This document shows positions 61,757-64,000 of a stretch of DNA of 64,000 nucleotides, one piece after another. The DNA is taken from assembly GCA_013239625.1 (NCBI GenBank), contig MU056000.1:13157175-13221174 (forward strand), in the 5' to 3' direction. The translations under genes and the position numbers were made by a program. The notes under the pieces are model-generated. The model worked only from the letters and a program-made list of their open reading frames with translations. It searched no databases and was not told the DNA's origin. Every line of letters starts with the position of its first letter. The first letter of the stretch is position 1. Source of the stretch: Lama guanicoe. Taxonomy: Eukaryota.

Positions 61757-63327
61757 AAAGAAATAGTCATCATTGCCATATATTGTATAATCAATATCAA
61801 TTTTATTATTATTATTGTTGAAGCCAAATATGGGACAAGCCTTAATATTGAAAGTCTCATGTTAGATCTTATTTTAATTTGTTTTCACCAAATTGAAATG
61901 ACTCACACTATATCAGAATGCAACTTAAAATACTACCTATATAATACTTCTGTTAAGCATATGTAGACAAAATACTAAGAAATACTATGGTCCCTAATTA
62001 AGAGAATAGGTTCTTTGATAGACTTAAGGCACATAGTGACTCATTAGTGTATTTTAAATGTTAAGCATTAGATATTTGTCATTTACCATTAAAATTGAAA
62101 AGAAAAAGTATGTTAATACTATACAGAGACAAATAAGTTAAAATAATCTACCTATCCATAAATAAGCATAATTCAATATTATTAATTGGGCAGATATAAG
62201 GCATAGAGAAGTTTTAAAAATTAATAAAATAAAAGCAGTTTCCATAGTTACACAGAATCATTTCATTTCCTAGTAAATTTCTTTCAATGCATTTTTTGAT
62301 TAATTCAGCTTATTCAGTATAAAAAGAACGTAGTATATTTCAGAATAATTTATTAGTACTTTACTGCATGAGTGAAAAATAAAATTAATAAATGTAATGT
62401 TTATTGTAGAACTACTTTATTTACCAGGGTAGATCATTAAATGATCTTAACCCTGAGGGAAAGAAGAGAGAGAAGATGATACATAAACACAAATGAACAT
62501 GAGATGATTTAATTTACTAGAAAAAATAACAATGACTTTTAAGAAATAAAATTTCAAGTATATAAACATTTCAAATTAGTAGAATTTATCATGCCAAACA
62601 GATAAAACAATTCTAATAGTAATTATCCAAAAAAAAAAAGCTGATAAAAACATGTTTCCCATCCTAAGAGAAACTCTACATTAGTACATAATATAAAGCT
62701 ATGCATTAACTTAATTTATATACCTTAAAGAATGGGCTTCTGGTTGATCAATCTTTGTTCCCTTTAAAATCTCAGATATGTTTTATTACCCAAATCTCGA
62801 ATAAAATTTAGAATTTTCTTTTCTAAAATGTTCATGTAGCTTTTTATTTGTTGATGGAAATGTTTATATTTTCAGATCAAAACTAATCACTCATTGTGAC
62901 TCCAATCATCTAAATATACAGCATGATTTGTTTTACTTCTGTTTTTCTTGCAATGTTGTTCTTTAGGATGAAACTAGTAAATCATTGACATTATGATATC
63001 AGATGAATAATAAATCACACGTCTAATAATAAATCACACGTATCTAATAGGTCTGATTGGTTCTTACAATAGTGCACTTATCAGATCCTACTGTGAATAA
63101 TTTCTTCTTGTACAGGCACACCTCATTTTACTTTGCTTCAATTTATACACTTTGCAAATACTGCATATTTTACAAATTTAAGGTTTGTGGCCACCCTGTG
63201 TCTAGTGAGCCTATTCATGCCATTTTTCCAAATATATTATTTTTTAATAAAGGTATGTAAATTGTTTTTTCAGACATAATGCTGTCTTACACCTAACAGA
63301 CCACAGTATAGTGTAAACACAACTTTT

Positions 63328-63368
63328 TTAAACTTTTTTATTGATTTATAATAATTGTACAATGTTGT
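63328..63368 (-). mobile_element. 41-nt L1 3' tail inside Tigger1
   Basis: TSD TAAACAYAACTTTT (63314-63327 and 63369-63382). The insert matches the start of the adjacent L1 tail (ttttttattgatttataat). Confidence 0.85.
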
Positions 63369-63430
63369 TAAACATAACTTTTATACGCATTGGGAAACCA
63401 AAAAAAAAAATCTGTGTGACTTGCTTTATT

Positions 63431-63608
63431 TATTAATTTTTTTAACAATATAACATTTTTTATTGATTTATAATCATTTTATAATGTTGTGTCAAATTCC
63501 AGTGTAGAGCACAATTTTTCAGTTATACATGAACATGTGTATATTCATTGTCACATTTTTTTCTCTGTGAGCTACCATAAGATCTTGTGTATATTTCCCT
63601 GTGCTATT
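63431..63608 (-). mobile_element. Young camelid L1 3' tail inside Tigger1
   Basis: Perfect 18-bp TSD TGTGTGACTTGCTTTATT (63413-63430 and 63609-63626). Body tgttgtgtcaaattccagtgtagagcacaatttttcagttatacatg. Confidence 0.93.
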
Positions 63609-64000
63609 TGTGTGACTTGCTTTATTATGATGTTCCTTTGGTTTTGGTGGTCTGGAACTGAACGTGTACTATCTGCAAGGCATACCTGTTATTTCTAAAT
63701 ACACAAATTGTCTAAAAGCTTTAATTAAAGCTTCTACATATTGATGTTACAGTTTTCCCTTTCACCAGGACCACACTTAACACTGAGAAAAATGACAGCT
63801 TGCACTAATGTGGTGTCGGGAATTCCTAATAGTGAATGATTACATGTATAGCAACAGAGAAATTGATAAATGTCACCCTGCTGCTTCTTTAGCAGCATCC
63901 CTGGTCCAGCCTTGGGGAGACGTAAGTAGGGTTAGAATTCAGCCTCCTGCTGTGCCCCTCCCAACTGGACTTTTCTATCTGCCCGAAGCTTCTCCAGGCT

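Larger units (their letters stand above)
63113..63688 (+). mobile_element. Short non-autonomous Tigger1 derivative
   Basis: TA then caggcacacctc at the start, aaggcatacctg at the end (TIR-like). Tigger1 motifs aggtttgtggccaccctg, acagtatagtgtaaac and gcattgggaaacc. Confidence 0.88.

Noticed and set aside
17..63698. The 60-139 aa ORFs in the supplied track as host protein-coding genes
   Set aside because: Many start at non-ATG codons, have low-complexity F/L/I/K-rich composition, overlap repeats, and show no recognisable domain or consistent exon chain. The recognisable ones are L1 ORF2 or ERVL pol debris.
1..64000. CRISPR array, operon, prophage, numt or intact mobile-element ORF
   Set aside because: Mammalian nuclear DNA with no regularly spaced repeat-spacer structure, no mitochondrial similarity I can recognise, and no long intact ORF.

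Overview
AT-rich, repeat-dense placental-mammal genomic DNA, most likely a camelid (alpaca/llama/camel). The evidence is a tRNA-derived SINE of the camelid Vic-1 type, camelid-type young L1 3' tails, and no recognisable Alu, B1, PRE-1 or Bov-tA/BovB. I cannot support any host protein-coding exon, RNA gene or CRISPR array. The ORFs that resemble real proteins are decayed L1 ORF2 or ERVL pol fragments. The window holds old L1M, L2, L3, MIR, MaLR/ERVL LTRs and DNA-transposon fossils, two intact solo ERV1-type LTRs with 4-bp TSDs, a partial ERVL (LTR16C/HERV16-like) provirus and several young L1 tails. The non-repeat signals most worth following are: a CpG-retaining promoter-like region with a candidate minus-strand first exon (~31.3-31.9 kb); a second CpG/RFX-motif region (~10.2-11.1 kb); a strong CTCF motif (23753); a 56-bp unexplained dispersed duplication (23601 vs 27960); and several clean mutational scars (a template-switch inverted insertion, a poly(A)-only insertion, and two L1 tails in one Tigger1). 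I found no evidence of a new multi-gene biological system. Repeat family names come from my recollection of consensus sequences and need RepeatMasker/Dfam confirmation. Boundaries of old repeats are approximate.
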